The notes under the pieces are model-generated. The model worked only from the letters and a program-made list of their open reading frames with translations, made no database searches and had not been told where the DNA came from. Below are positions 12,261-25,500 of a stretch of 52,138 nt of DNA, one piece after another. The first letter of the stretch is position 1; every line of letters begins with the position of its first letter. The position numbers and the translations under genes are program-made. The stretch is from NCBI GenBank assembly GCA_001938485.1, contig MQRK01251997.1, forward strand, positions 1 through 52,138, written 5' to 3'. The stretch comes from Girardia tigrina (lineage: Eukaryota).

Positions 12261-12559
12261 AATTATTTTCGTTCTAATATATTTATATATATTAATATAT
12301 TTTGTTCTAAAAAATATTCTAAAAATGAAAACAAATATTGGATATTTTAATACTATAACTACCAACAATTTTTATTTTGACCGGTTTGATATTGGGGGGA
12401 ATTAAAATAATATTATTAAATATTTAAAATTTAAAAAGTCATGATATTCTCATGAAATATTAAAATAAATTTAGAGAGACATCTTGCAAACAATTGATAT
12501 AACCGGTCGGTAGTCTAGTGTTAAATAAATTTTGAAGAATATGAAATTTTAACACTACA

Positions 12560-13030
12560 GTTTTTTTCGCATTAAAAAATTCTAATAAAATAATTATGAA
12601 TAAAATGTTTTAAATGAATCAATACATATTTATAATGAATTTAAATTAAACAACGCGTTTCCAGATAAAAATCTCATCATCAGGTTAATCCATGTCATGT
12701 ATTAAACTAACACAAAAAATACAAAACATTTAATCAATAAATCATTGTATAAAAATTTATAATTCTTATAAGTTAAAAAAACAAACGCAATCAATTCAAT
12801 TCTTGTAAACTAACCATTTCTTTGAGAAATGGATAGGTTTAGTTTAATACATGATGTGGATTAACCTGATGATGGTATTTTGATCTTAAAACGAGCTGTT
12901 TTATTTTTATAATTTGAATATAGATTTTAATATTCGATTTACGTATTTAAAAATATTTATTTTAAATAAAAAATGTATAGATAACATATATTCTGGTTGA
13001 AGCATTCGATGAAACTAATTTAAATATTTT
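12560..13030. repeat. Copy 2 of the ~480-bp repeat; Penelope pseudo-LTR-like inverted pair
   Basis: Inverted arms at about 12647-12709 and 12840-12902. Confidence 0.8.
12645..12690 (-). ncRNA. Minimal type I hammerhead ribozyme motif (Penelope-like)
   Basis: Minus strand reads ATTAAC CTGATGA T GAGAT TTTT ATCTG GAAAC GC GTT GTTTAAT: core boxes, stem II, palindromic stem III and stem I pairing. Confidence 0.7.
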
Positions 13031-16000
13031 TTTATTAAAAAAAGTTTATTTTCGAAAAAAACGATACAAAATAAAGTTTTAAAATAACTACAAATAGTAA
13101 TTAAATATAAGAAAAAATATATTTCTGTCAAAAAAGTTTTTTAATATTTTTTTAAATGAAAAGACAATTTCTTTGTAAAAAATCAAATTAATTGATTGAA
13201 AAAATATTTTTATTTTGGATCAATAGAAATACAGAAAAACTTCAATTGTGATTTTTAGTTTAGTTTTTTATAGACAAAAAAATTATTTACTCTATGATCG
13301 AAATCTAATTCGAATTTATCGACTGAATCCGATTGTAAAATTTGATAGAAATCATCTGCTAATACAAAAGAATAGAAATCGAGATCTGATTGTTTTTCAA
13401 TTATATGGTAATCCAAAAGCGGACTAAGCATTTCTGAATAATAATAATTTGAAAAAAAATCGAGAGAAAAAATAATTCAGAAAGTAAAATTAATATTATT
13501 TAAACAAATTTGCTACATAATTATGTTAACATTATAATTATAGCAACCATTAAATTTCAGTTCTAGATAAAATCATTATTTAATTTTTTTGTCAACTTTA
13601 ATAAAAATATTAAAATTGCAAAATATTACTAAATACTAAAAAATAAGTAATGGTTATTTCTTTTATTATCAGACTTCTAGATTTTGTATGTATTTTAAAT
13701 AACTTTAAATATTTTTATAATTAATTTCGAATGGGAATAGATTCATTTTTAAGAATTTTTATTAATTTTAAAAACAAATTAATCCTTAATAGTTGTATTG
13801 AAAAATATAAGGGAAGTGGTTTTGAGGAAAATAAGTTTCATGTCTAAATACATTACAAGTATTTCATATTACTGGAAAATTGTCAGAAGAGTTATTTATA
13901 ATCAGATGAATTTTGGTTAAAGCATTAGTTGTAAATGTTAATGCTTATAAAAACTTATTTGAATTTTAATTTTTAAATTATTATCTTTGAAATTATTTTA
14001 ATCAATGAAAAGAAATCACAAAAATTATGTTATCTTTTCTATCCTGATTTACTCATCCTAGATAGTTTTACAATATGAAAAAGCAATGAAATTGCATGAA
14101 ATTTTAATCATAATTATAATTTTTTACATTTCTAAAAATAGCTCTACTTATTTTTCTGAATATATTTTTTACTATTTACAATTTTCAATGATCAGAATAA
14201 TGTACTTTTATAGTAAAAATTATATTGACACCACTTAAAAATTATAGAAATTCTTTTCAAGCTTAAATGTAGGACAGAATTTCTTCTAACTGTTACGTAT
14301 GGGGATATATTTAAATGAGATAGAAAACAAAAAGATGTTTTATTTGCTAACTGGTTTATCATTTAATATTCTTATTCAAAGGTATGTTCGATTAATAAAA
14401 ATTTTACTTTAAAATGTAGAAACCAGATGTTCAGTTTATTTCAAATCAATTAAACGACTATAATTTCAAAATAACTATTTCGTTTTACAAAAATTACAAA
14501 AGTATTTATAATGATATATGATAGAAAGAACAATAGCCTAACGATTTTAGGATTTTTATTTTCTTTTTGAATGGAGAGACGCGCTCTTTGCTGTGAGTTA
14601 TACGTGTAATTTGATTTTAATTATAAATAAAATATATAACTTTAATTATGAATACCAAGTTATTAAATGTTCAAACTAAAAATTTAAAAATTTTATGTAA
14701 TATGAATAAATTTAAAAAAATAATCGCAATTTTTCTAAAACAAACGCCATTTCAAAATATTTTATGGTAATATTGTTGAGGTTTAATTATTTAAAATTAT
14801 CTTTAATTCAATTATTCACTTTTTAAAACACAAATCTTAAATCTCTATCTTTAATCGTAAATCTCTTTTCTTAATTCTTTAATCAATAATCTTTAATCAA
14901 TAATTCTCAATCAATAATCTTTTGATCTGACTCCAATTATTCAGAAAGGTCTTCCAACATAATTATATGAATAATGAACACAAATTCTTTTATCAAACTT
15001 TATTTCAAATAACAAATATCAACAAGTCACAAATAATAATAATAATTCAATTCTTTGATGACAGAATACACATACAATCAATATTTCGTGCGAGTTAACA
15101 GATTACAGTAAAAACTGTGAATCTCCCAAAACGAACGATGCTTTGATTTAAACTTAGGACTTTTCTATAAACCTTGTTCTCCCATACAGGGTACTACAGG
15201 TTTTATTCAGCTTTGAAAAATATAAAGTAAATATTAATAATAACTCTACTTACGAACAATTCTCTTCAGTTAAAATTTCTTGCAAATATTTTTGGGCAAA
15301 CTAAAACTGAATTTGATGTTGTTTATATAGTAATTTTCCTCAGCCTTGAAAATTGATGAGATAAAACAAAGAGTAAAATATTTATAATTTTTGATGAAGT
15401 AAAACAAATATTTATAATTTTAATTCCAAGTTTTGTTAACTAAATATTATTTTATTTGAAATTAATAATTTTACTAAAAGAATTATTTAAAAATTTTCCT
15501 TAATAAAATTTTATCAAAAGTGTTCACATGTATTTTTCGGAACCCTAACAATATATATCCACGAATTTACCGTCATCTTCAGATCACTGATGTTATGCTT
15601 TTTTATTGCTTATATATACGAAGTTGATGATTATGCAACCTATTATGTAAAATTAACGGAAAACTCTTATCAAATTGATTGAGTGATGTTAGAACATTAA
15701 TTTTAGGATGACGATACCTTATTAACAAAGCTTCACATAACACTCTCTTCCCATAAATTTTAAAATAATTTCAAAGAATTTAAAAATCTTTTATATTCAA
15801 ATTTAATTTAAATATAAAATTCTAGCGGTAAAATTAATTTCATTGAACCTTAACTTCCTTTACAAATAAAAGCCTTTAAACATGGGTCAACAACTAAATT
15901 CTAAATACGCTTCGACTTCCACGGTTAATAGTTAATTTCTAAACCTTCTTGTGAAATTTATTATTTATCAATCTCCTTCAACTTGAGATTAAATGAAAGT

Positions 16001-16329
16001 AATGCTTAATGAATAATGCTAAATGAAAGTAATGTTTGCTACGCGTGCGCTCAGTGTTTTTGATGCTGTCATTTAGAGGATTTTGTTTTTCTTAAAAAAA
16101 ACGACATTTCGATCATTTTAATATTTTATTAATTAATAAATTAAAACAGCACCGTTTTTAAGACATTCTTTTTTTATACATTGGTGTATGGTGTCCTGGT
16201 CAGTGTTGCTTTGTTGTGTTGGGAAATTTTAGGTTGTTGTGGCAGGTGTTTTTATTGGTGCGGCCAGAATGTCGGTTAGAATGCTCAGGTTGTTGTGTTG
16301 GGGCGATGAAGCGAGCGGGATTAATTTTT

Positions 16330-17060
16330 CTATGGAACCGTCATCATCTATGAAAAAGGCAGGTTTAGTGTTGGACAGGTGAAAAATTATTTCTTTGTTG
16401 TCTTTTAGTATTTAGGCATTATGGGAAAAGAGTTGCACGATTTTGAAAGGGCCGGTGAATGATGGAGCTTAACCGGATGCGTGTTGGCCTTTTAACCAAA
16501 GATATTTGGTGTTCTATAGTGATTTCGGCAGGTGCGGCTTTAAATTGTTATCTGCCTTGCAATAATAATCGTTCTCTAAGGATTCAAAGTGGAGTTTTGC
16601 TTTTTAGATGTCTGACTCGGATGTTGGGGCGTTCTGATCGATGAGTTCGGCGAGGAAACGTGTGGAATGACAGAATAAGGTCTGGGTGGGTGAATGGTTG
16701 ATGGAAGAACAAGATGTGTTGGGCCAACCTAAAAGTACGAAGGGTTACAAATCGATCCAACTATTGATTTTTTCGGCGAGGATTCGCATTGATGTTTTGA
16801 AAGTGTGGTGAAAACGTTCGATTGCACCATTGGCTTGGGGATTATATGCTGAGGTTTGGATATAAGTGGTGCCGACTATATCTTTGAATAAACCGGCCTT
16901 AAATTGTCTTCCTTGGTCGGAGATTAGATGTTTATGGGCACCGAAACGGCAGACCCACGTGGATAGGAACGTTTTGGTGATCGCTTCTGAGTCGATGTTG
17001 CGGAGTGGGACTGTTTCAGGCCATTTGGTGGTTCTATCGATCATCGTTAAAAGATATTAG
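16330..17060 (-). mobile_element. Decayed Ty3/Gypsy integrase
   Basis: IDRTTKWPETVPL...ISDQGRQF...SAYNPQANGAIERFHHTFK. Confidence 0.9.
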
Positions 17061-17081
17061 TAGCTGTGATTTGGTTGTAAG

Positions 17082-17605
17082 TGTTACGTTCGAGATTCTG
17101 AACTACCCAATACGCCATCACCTCACACGCCTGGAGCCTTTGAGAAGAGCGCACATGCACGATCCCGAAATCTCAGACGACTTTTGTGCCTGACAGGGTA
17201 TAAATACCCGACACAATCCGCACACAGAGGCACCCATTAATTTATAATATTTTACTCGTTTGGTACATCATTTATAAATTTTACATCTTTACATAACTTT
17301 ATACGTACTTACATAAATTTTGCTATTCACAGTTTTCCTATAATCGAAAGGTATGGATTGATCGTTTTTAGCTTTCTTTATATTTTATTATTTTACTGAG
17401 TATTGTAGTTTTGATCTATTCATTAATTATATTATTTTCTTTGATGGTTTTGATTTTATTATTTGAATTTTTTACTAAAGTATTAACGTGTGTATAAACG
17501 TTTGGTTGTCTTAATATATTTTTTGCATGTCTTATTTGATTTGTTTTCTATTTAATTTATGATCCTTATTTGATTCTTTATTTAAATTTATTAAAAATCG
17601 TAACG
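17082..17605 (+). mobile_element. LTR-like segment
   Basis: Inverted termini TGTTACG...CGTAACG and an internal TATAAATA; no TSD found. Confidence 0.45.
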
Positions 17606-18469
17606 CTTGAATTTTGTGTATTAATTGTGTCGACTCATTAGAGCAATTCTTGATCGGAGAGGATTTGAGGAATAGGCAGCTAAGGGTCTGTCGGTTGAGC
17701 GGAGATTATAATGGTGGGGGGGAAGATGCGTGTAGGAGAAGGTAGCGTACCCATCGTGATGATGACCGTAGCGTGAAAGTTAGGACGCTGCATGTAAATA
17801 GTGTACATTGGTGGTCACAGAGAGCTATTCTAGCCTTTTAATTTAATCTAATCCAACTTTATCTTAGTTTTCTTCTTTCGTATTAATACATAATTTAATA
17901 TATAATATATATAATTTTATAAATAATTTTACCAAAGATTATACATTAAACTAAAAATTTTCTTTTTTTGTTTTGTTTTTATAAATAACTTTATAAATCT
18001 TGTATAATTTTGTGATTCTGTATTTGATGTATAATTTCGACGACTGTTTTGTATAGTCATGCTAAACATTTTGTCTCTCCATGTTCAATCGATAAATCGC
18101 GTGTATACTTCTATATTTCGCTATTTAATCCTGAGTGTCGGTTTAATAAATTATACTTGTTCAATTAATTTTCGGTTTCTGAACCTTCTGAAAGTCAAAG
18201 TTTATTGAATTATTACATTAGTTGTCAGAATATGTTTGTCATTAATTCTACTGAATATAAATATCAAAAGAATATGTAGAATATAATATTTTTTTATTAT
18301 TGTTTGCCATTAATTTTGCTGAATTTATTCAACTATAAATAAGAAAAACGAAAGATAGAATATAATGTTCTAAATCTCTTGGAGTCCGTGATATGAAAAG
18401 TCAATAGAGAAAGTTTGACAAGAGAGGAAGCTCATTTGTATCTCGTTAAAGCCTCGTTTGTTCCTCATT

Positions 18470-19302
18470 TAGAAATAATTGTAAAGTATAAATATTCCTT
18501 GCGTGAATGAAGTTAACAATCTTATCAAGGCATCATGGGAAGAGATTGATTCTACAAAAATTGAACACTGTTTCCAACATGCAGGTATAATTTGCATTAA
18601 ATTTAACATCGGTATCATATAAACATATTCTAATTGCGCTCTTGTTGTTCTTTTCTGTCTATTTAAGGATTCAAAGCTCCTCATGGCCTTGATGAGTTGG
18701 CACCTTCTTTCAAAATGAATTTCAGCCGAGAAACGATGAAATAGATAATATTTGATAATGGTTACAAGTGGCAGGACTCATTCCAGCTACACTTACGGTT
18801 AATGAATATAATAAAGGAACTCATCACAACTTCCAATTTTTACGGTAATGTACTAGACCTTGTCGAGGAGGAATATGAAGATGATGCAGATGATATTGAA
18901 TTAACTCCTCCCACTATTACTGAATGTATCACTTGTTTGGGTAAAATTCGACATTATATGCAATGCACACTGGGCTTCGATGATTCCACAATGAACCATT
19001 TGGACAAGTTGGAAGAGGAAATTAGATCAAATGCGTTGAAAAGACAGAAACAGAAAAAAATAACGGACTACTTCACTCATTAAAATTTGTACGTTGTATT
19101 CATATATACTGTACTGTATATGCCGCATATTTAATACTCAGAATGTGTTCACTAGAGAATATTTTAACCATACAGTGTTTGTATTGTACTTTTACATTGG
19201 AAAATAGAAAGTACTTTTTCTCACATTGTCTATTGTAAAACATCGTATAATGTAAAATATTTCTGTAGTCCCCAGCGCTTTTACATTATCCCGTTTCGAC
19301 TG
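18470..19302 (+). mobile_element. 3' part of a pogo/Tigger DNA transposon with an 83-nt intron in the transposase
   Basis: ASWEEIDSTKIEHCFQHAG|FK across GT-AG 18585-18667; C-terminal KQKKITDYF; terminus ...GTTTCGACTG followed by TA. Confidence 0.85.
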
Positions 19303-20150
19303 TAATTAACTAGGAATACAATTAATAAATTACACAACAGTACCTTTCCAATCTAATAAATTAACAAGAATTGATAACAAAATAATCAAAGTTCAAAATT
19401 CGCTGATTAAATTAAAATTCATGTGCTGATAAATATTCAATTATGTAATTATTATTGTGGTAGTTCTTTTTTTGGACTGCCAAACTGCTGCTATATTTAT
19501 AGCAGCCTAGTTACCTAGGGGGCCGATATATCCGACAGTTTTACGTGTGGGAGGCAGTACCATATCTTGGCTTCATCGGGTTGGTTACTAAAATCAACGA
19601 TTCCACCAATGCCGATTATAGGTGTTTCTGAGACAGAGAAAATTATTGATTATTCTCAGTCGGGTTTTCACAGTGAATCTGTTGTTTATTTTAAGTCTGG
19701 TCAGCGCTCGGGTGAATGTGGTTTCATCATTATATTGTAGGTTTATTTCTAGACCGGCGTGGTTAATTGTTCTTTCTGCTAGATGTTGTTACGTGGTTTT
19801 GCTGACACATTTGGGTAGTATTTCATGTGGGTGGTTAATATTCATTGCTTTTCTAAGCTTTATTATTGTACAGTGGCGTACATTAACTCTGGATGATTGT
19901 GGAGTGTTTGTATTCTATGACTTCTGCACGGCAGGACGGAGAATCACGCGGTGAATTTATTGTTTTTCATTGGTTTAAGGATGACTTTTTTTGTAGGTAA
20001 CGTGGGCTCGTGTCATGGACTTCTACGAAATGTCTCTAAAGTCAGCAGGTTGCTGATTCAGGGGCTAATCAGTCCACCATTTATTTTTAGAAACACTTCG
20101 TAAGAATTTTTAATTAATTAATTAGGTAAACTACTAATTTTTGTTTTCTT

Positions 20151-20400
20151 TTACAGGATCTTCACAGGTCGCTGCTGATCTTTCAGAGTCAATTTCGAGT
20201 GTACGGAGTACAGCAGGGTATGAAAAAAGATGGACTCTATCAGGGGGTATGCCTTTGGTCGGGAATATTCTTGTAAGTCGATCATAAATCTTCTTTTAAA
20301 ATTTTTGGCGATTATTTTAGTTGACATGGAGTCGCTGACCCCAGGAAACTCAGATATGTCCTGGCAGACCATTTCGGTGTCTCTCATGTGAACGTCTTCT
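20151..20400 (-). mobile_element. Possible LINE (L2/CR1-group) RT C-terminal remnant
   Basis: EFPGV...IESIFFHTLLYS...TLKDQQR pattern; weak. Confidence 0.4.
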
Positions 20401-20439
20401 CATCTTATCATCCCCTGTGCATATGGGACTTGTTAAACT

Positions 20440-21541
20440 TAAACGGGAATAGTCGAGTTTGACTATGCCCACTCTATTTCTTATACAAAGTTTCTATGTG
20501 AGTGGGGTGTTGTAGATGAAAGAACGGTCTTAAACACTGTTACATCGGAACAGGTGGATATTATGGATACCGATAACATTCAAGGAGCCACATTACAAAC
20601 TTGCAACTTTGTGCATTCACGCAGCGTCGGCACCCCACATAATTGGGGATTTAGACATTCCATTGCAATAGAGATCACGGATAATTTGGACGATGAGGTT
20701 GTTGAAAAGATTAACGACATTTATTTGTCATCCTCACAGCAAGTTGCTGTTTTCACAGTCGAATTTTTCTTACAGGATGACGTACAAACCACTTTCTTTT
20801 AAATTTTCCATCTAAAAATAAATTCTGATTTTTAAGTTAGTGAAAAATCTGTAGCTCTGAGAGCGTCCTTTTTGAGGAAACATCTGTCTCTGGAGGATTA
20901 TCGATCACGACTTCAATTTTAGATGGAGAATTCGTCAAAGATATAGATAAAAAATACCACGAAGCTGCAATAACACTTCTAGATTATAATGAGAAAGTTT
21001 TTATTAATACTCGTGTATAAAGTTACTCGTGTTATAAAGTGATCGCCGAGTTACATAAGAACTTGTATGGTAACATCCTTATGGGTCACGATCTGCAAAT
21101 GGAAATCAGGGCCTTGTCCATACCCCCTCACACCTTGTTAGGTATTCAAGATACGACAACAGCGAAAGTTTTTGATTTATTCTCCATAGAGAAAAAAGGG
21201 AATTTATGTGGACTCCGTACTTTAGCTTACACGTGTTGCGAAAGAATATAAAAGTTTAGGACAACTCTTCTAGGGAAGACACACACGCCTTGTTACAAAT
21301 ATACCGCAAGTTTGAACGCAATTGGGTAGATACAATATCAGCCACAAGTGCGGCGCAACTCTTTCAGAATTCGTTACCTCAAACAAATGGCCCACCATCT
21401 TCTACCGTAAGTAAATGGCTAGAAACCAATTACTGGAAGATGCTTAATAATCATTACTCGAATAATTTTAATTCATCTTCAGTTTCCTCCTTCCACTCAG
21501 CAAAAGAGCAATTAGATACACACGATGCTGAAGAGAGATAA
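20440..21541 (+). pseudogene. Decayed ~1.1-kb coding-like sequence of unknown identity
   Basis: Successive same-strand ORF pieces (20554, 21039, 21290), few stops, GC above background. Confidence 0.4.
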
Positions 21542-21682
21542 ATTTTTATTCGAAATCAATACACCATTCTAAGCAAAATGCGAATGAATTTGACATTCGT
21601 ATTAATAATTGTACTACAAAAACTATTTTCTCTAAAAAGTATGAATGAAACATATTGATGTTGAACACAACATGACACGGTC

Positions 21683-22068
21683 TATTAAGAACACCAATCT
21701 GACTTTTCATATTTTTATTTACACAATTTTGATTGTCCTTAAGACAATCATTGTCAAAACTTTCGTACGAGTGCATTCCAACTAAATTCATTAAAAAATT
21801 GATTCTTATTATTTTAAGTAAATAGAGAAATAAATAATTTATTAAAATATTTACTCAAAACTTATTGGATAAAAATTCAAATAAATATTAATTATTTAAA
21901 AAATAATTATTCGATTTATTTATTAAAAATTAATTAACTTATTTAAAATTATTTTAAATCAAAAATAAATTTATACATTACATATCAAATATTAATCATC
22001 CATCTGTGTAGGAGAGACACAATTCCAAATCAACATTCAAACACAAAACATTCAAAATATTCCACACA
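21683..22068 (-). mobile_element. Solo LTR, family A (diverged)
   Basis: TGTGTGGAATATTT...GTTCTTAATA; flanks CGGTC / CAGTC (4/5 TSD). Confidence 0.8.
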
Positions 22069-22519
22069 CAGTCCATAAAAATGAAATAACATTCTTTCTA
22101 GCACAAATACAATTCCTTAAATAATTTTGACAATCAAAAATTAAATTTTCATAATCGGAGTAAAAATCTTTGGTGTATGAGAATCTTAACCATTTGTGAT
22201 TTCATGAAAATAAAAAAAATAATTTAAGAATTGTTATTTTACTGATAAGGTGTTTTTTTCGTATATTATTTTTTAAATAATAATCAATTTTAATTGAATT
22301 ATAAAAAAATAGTTAAGATTTGGAAGGATATCCAACACATATCCATCAATACATTGACACATCAAGTAAAAATGACATGAAAACCAATCAATCGATATTT
22401 TTACCCAATAATACGAAAGTGTCGAAAATTATTTTAACAAAGAATAAGATCTATTACAAACATATTTGTAGTTATTTATCAATCGATTAGCAAACAATGA
22501 CAAAGAGTCAGGGTCAGAG

Positions 22520-25500
22520 TCAAGCTAAACTCTGCAGCGCCTTTTGGTACGATTGATAGATTTCCTCGGGGAATGAAGTTTTCTCTTGATCAACAGCGGG
22601 CAGTGACGATTTGTCGAGACCGGTGCTGAAATAACGATGATAGAGAGCGTCCAGAGTAGTTATTCGATCAGCCGGTACATAAGTGAGCATTTTCTGTATT
22701 AAAACACACGTATGAATCAATAAATCACGATTTAATAATCATAATTCAATCGATAATCCAATAATAAATTCAAATCGATATAATAATATATCAATTTATC
22801 TATGAAATTCGTCTTTAAATCTATATAACTCCAACATAAATTCACAAGTAGGATGCAGTTTGAATAAGTCAAAATAAAATTCATTTCAGTATTCATTTTT
22901 CATGGATATGTCGTCAGAAACAGTAAATCGCGAATAAATTATTCGTTTATTTCAAGAAAAACCACAATCAAGTTAGAAAAATTAGAAAGAAGAAAGGGTT
23001 TTTCGTGTACATAGAATGTGAAGAAACTAGAGGCTCTGTTAGAGAGAAATCGTCGTCTATCAAATCGAAAACTGGCGGTAAAGACAAACTGTAGCGAGAA
23101 AACAGTTCGGAAAATTAACAGTCTGTGGATGTAAAACCGTATAAAGTTCAAATAGTACCAGACCAGAACGCTAGCAAGAACGTAAAGGCGCAGCAGCGAG
23201 CCAGAAAGTTGAAATTTGGTTTTCTTGCGAAGAAAAAATGTTGCATTATGGATAATGAGACTGATGCACTTTGTGAGTTTTCCCAACTACCCGAACAAGA
23301 ATTGTACTGTGCAACTAAGAGTAGTTGAAGAAAAATTTAGAAGTAAGAAAAATCTAAGTTTAGCAAAAAATCTCTTGTTTGGCAGGCTATATGTGGATGG
23401 GGAGAAAGGAGTAAATGCTTTGTCATATCTGGCACAATAAACACAGAAGTCTATGTGAATGAATGCTTGCAAAAGCGTTTATTACCATTCATAATTCAGC
23501 ACGGTGGCCTTACTTTCTTTTGGCCGGAACGAAGACAATAACGTCGATTTGGTGCAAAGAGAGGCAAACCAACCAAATTGTCCAGAGCTTCGCCCAATCG
23601 AAAGATATTGGGCCCTGGTAAAAAGGTAATTAAAGACTACAAACAAAATGGCACAGACGTAGATTTTCGGAACAAGTGGAATAATGCAGTCAAAAACGTG
23701 ACAGAAATTACTACTGCAAGTCTAATGGCAGGCATTTCGCAAAAGCTCGCAGAATTTATTAAAAAAAGAATCTTTCTTAGCTTACTAAAATTATTTTGAA
23801 TTAAACACATTTTTCAAAACAGTCGGTATTTTTTCAATCAAAAAAATGGTTTTGAAGTTGAGGATTTTAAAGTTAGTAATATTTTTCGCACTCAGTCCTT
23901 AAAAACGAAATTGTGTAATTCTTCGTGTAGCTAAATGGATATTTTCGACATTATTACAAGGAATTATCCGTATGAAGTTTGATCAAGGATCTATTATCCA
24001 ATGGCGGCTATAGGCATGTTGCTGAGAAAGCATCACCACTACCCAATTATTCCTGAAACTGTATCTATGGATGTTGAAGCCCTCGATGTCAATGAGACAA
24101 GTCAAAGTAACCCGAAATCTTCTCTCAAACGTCTCTCAAGAGTTGAAAATGACATTAATCAACAGAGAAATAAGTCAATTGCAGTTTTTTGCAACTCAAA
24201 TCAATTTAAAAAATTTTTGAAAATAAAATTTTCTAACGCGAAATTAATGCCGCATTTTTACACAGTTTATTTATCGGATTTTCAAACCGTTCCTGATGTT
24301 GTAGTGAGCTGAAATTTCACATACATGCTCATTTCAATGGCATTAAAATTTTCAAAAATCATTTTAATAATACTCAATGATTTTGGGAAAATATTAATCG
24401 AATTTTTAATATTATGTAAAAATCAGGTGAACATCGACATGTCGGGTACATGACAGCATTTATTCCACTGTGTCACACGTTACCAATAATCGGTCCCCAT
24501 TCTTTCTTCGTTCGATTTTCCGACAAAATTGATATTCAAAACCTTGTCGGTACCGGTAGAAAAAATAGTGCCCATTTTCTAATACCTGCGGTGCATATAA
24601 ATTTTACCACTGCGATATATTCCTAACAGTGAACACCGCAAACGAATACTTCATTTGAATTGAACATTTGGGTTAGGAATTTTTGGGTCAACTTTATACA
24701 AGAGGTAAGATATTTATTAAGAACATTTAGACAAGTCGCGTTTGAACTGTTATTACAATCACATTTAGAGTCATTATGACTCTCAGAAAGTCTTTCATCG
24801 TTTGTCATCCTTCTAAGTGGTTTTCTTAATTCTATTTTTAATCATGATTATTCGAACAATTTTTCTAAATTATTTTTTAAAATATTTAGCCTCTAAAAAT
24901 ATTAATTAAAAAAAATAATAATTTTTACACTTTTTGAATAAATCTTAAAATAATAAAAATGTTATCAAATTATAAAAATTCATTTAATTTAAATTTTACT
25001 ATAAAATATTAATTTTTAAAATTAAAAATATGAACTTATAAAATGATTATTTTAATTATGTTCGAATAGTCAATCACTTTAAATTTAAATAAAAATACAA
25101 TTTCCATCTGGGTGGGAGAATCACAATTCTAAATTCAGCATACTTAAATCAACATTCAGCATCACCACATTTACTCATTCAAACAATTTTAAATATTCCT
25201 CACAATATTGTCAAAATGTTCAATTCCAATGTATTGGGTGTACAACTAATTAATTTCGTATTTTTTTGTTAAAAAACCATTTATTTAAGTATAAAAGTGA
25301 AAAAATATTTTATTCAAAATATTGTCCATTGGAAGCGGCAACTTTTTCCCATCTGTCAGACAATTTATGGATTCCATCCCAAAAAAACTTCTCATCTTTT
25401 GCGCTGAGAAAGTCATCAAGCCATTTTTTAATACCTTCAACATTGGTGAACCGTATTCCAGAAAGGTGATTCTGAATCGACCGAAACAAGTGGTAATCAG

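Noticed and set aside
14990-15400. Small spliced gene on the minus strand (GTAAGT...AG, AATAAA)
   Set aside because: No frame stays open across the putative intron for a meaningful length.
19487-19520. Helitron 3' end (hairpin plus CTAG)
   Set aside because: The spacing and downstream base are atypical, and there is no 5' TC end or second copy.
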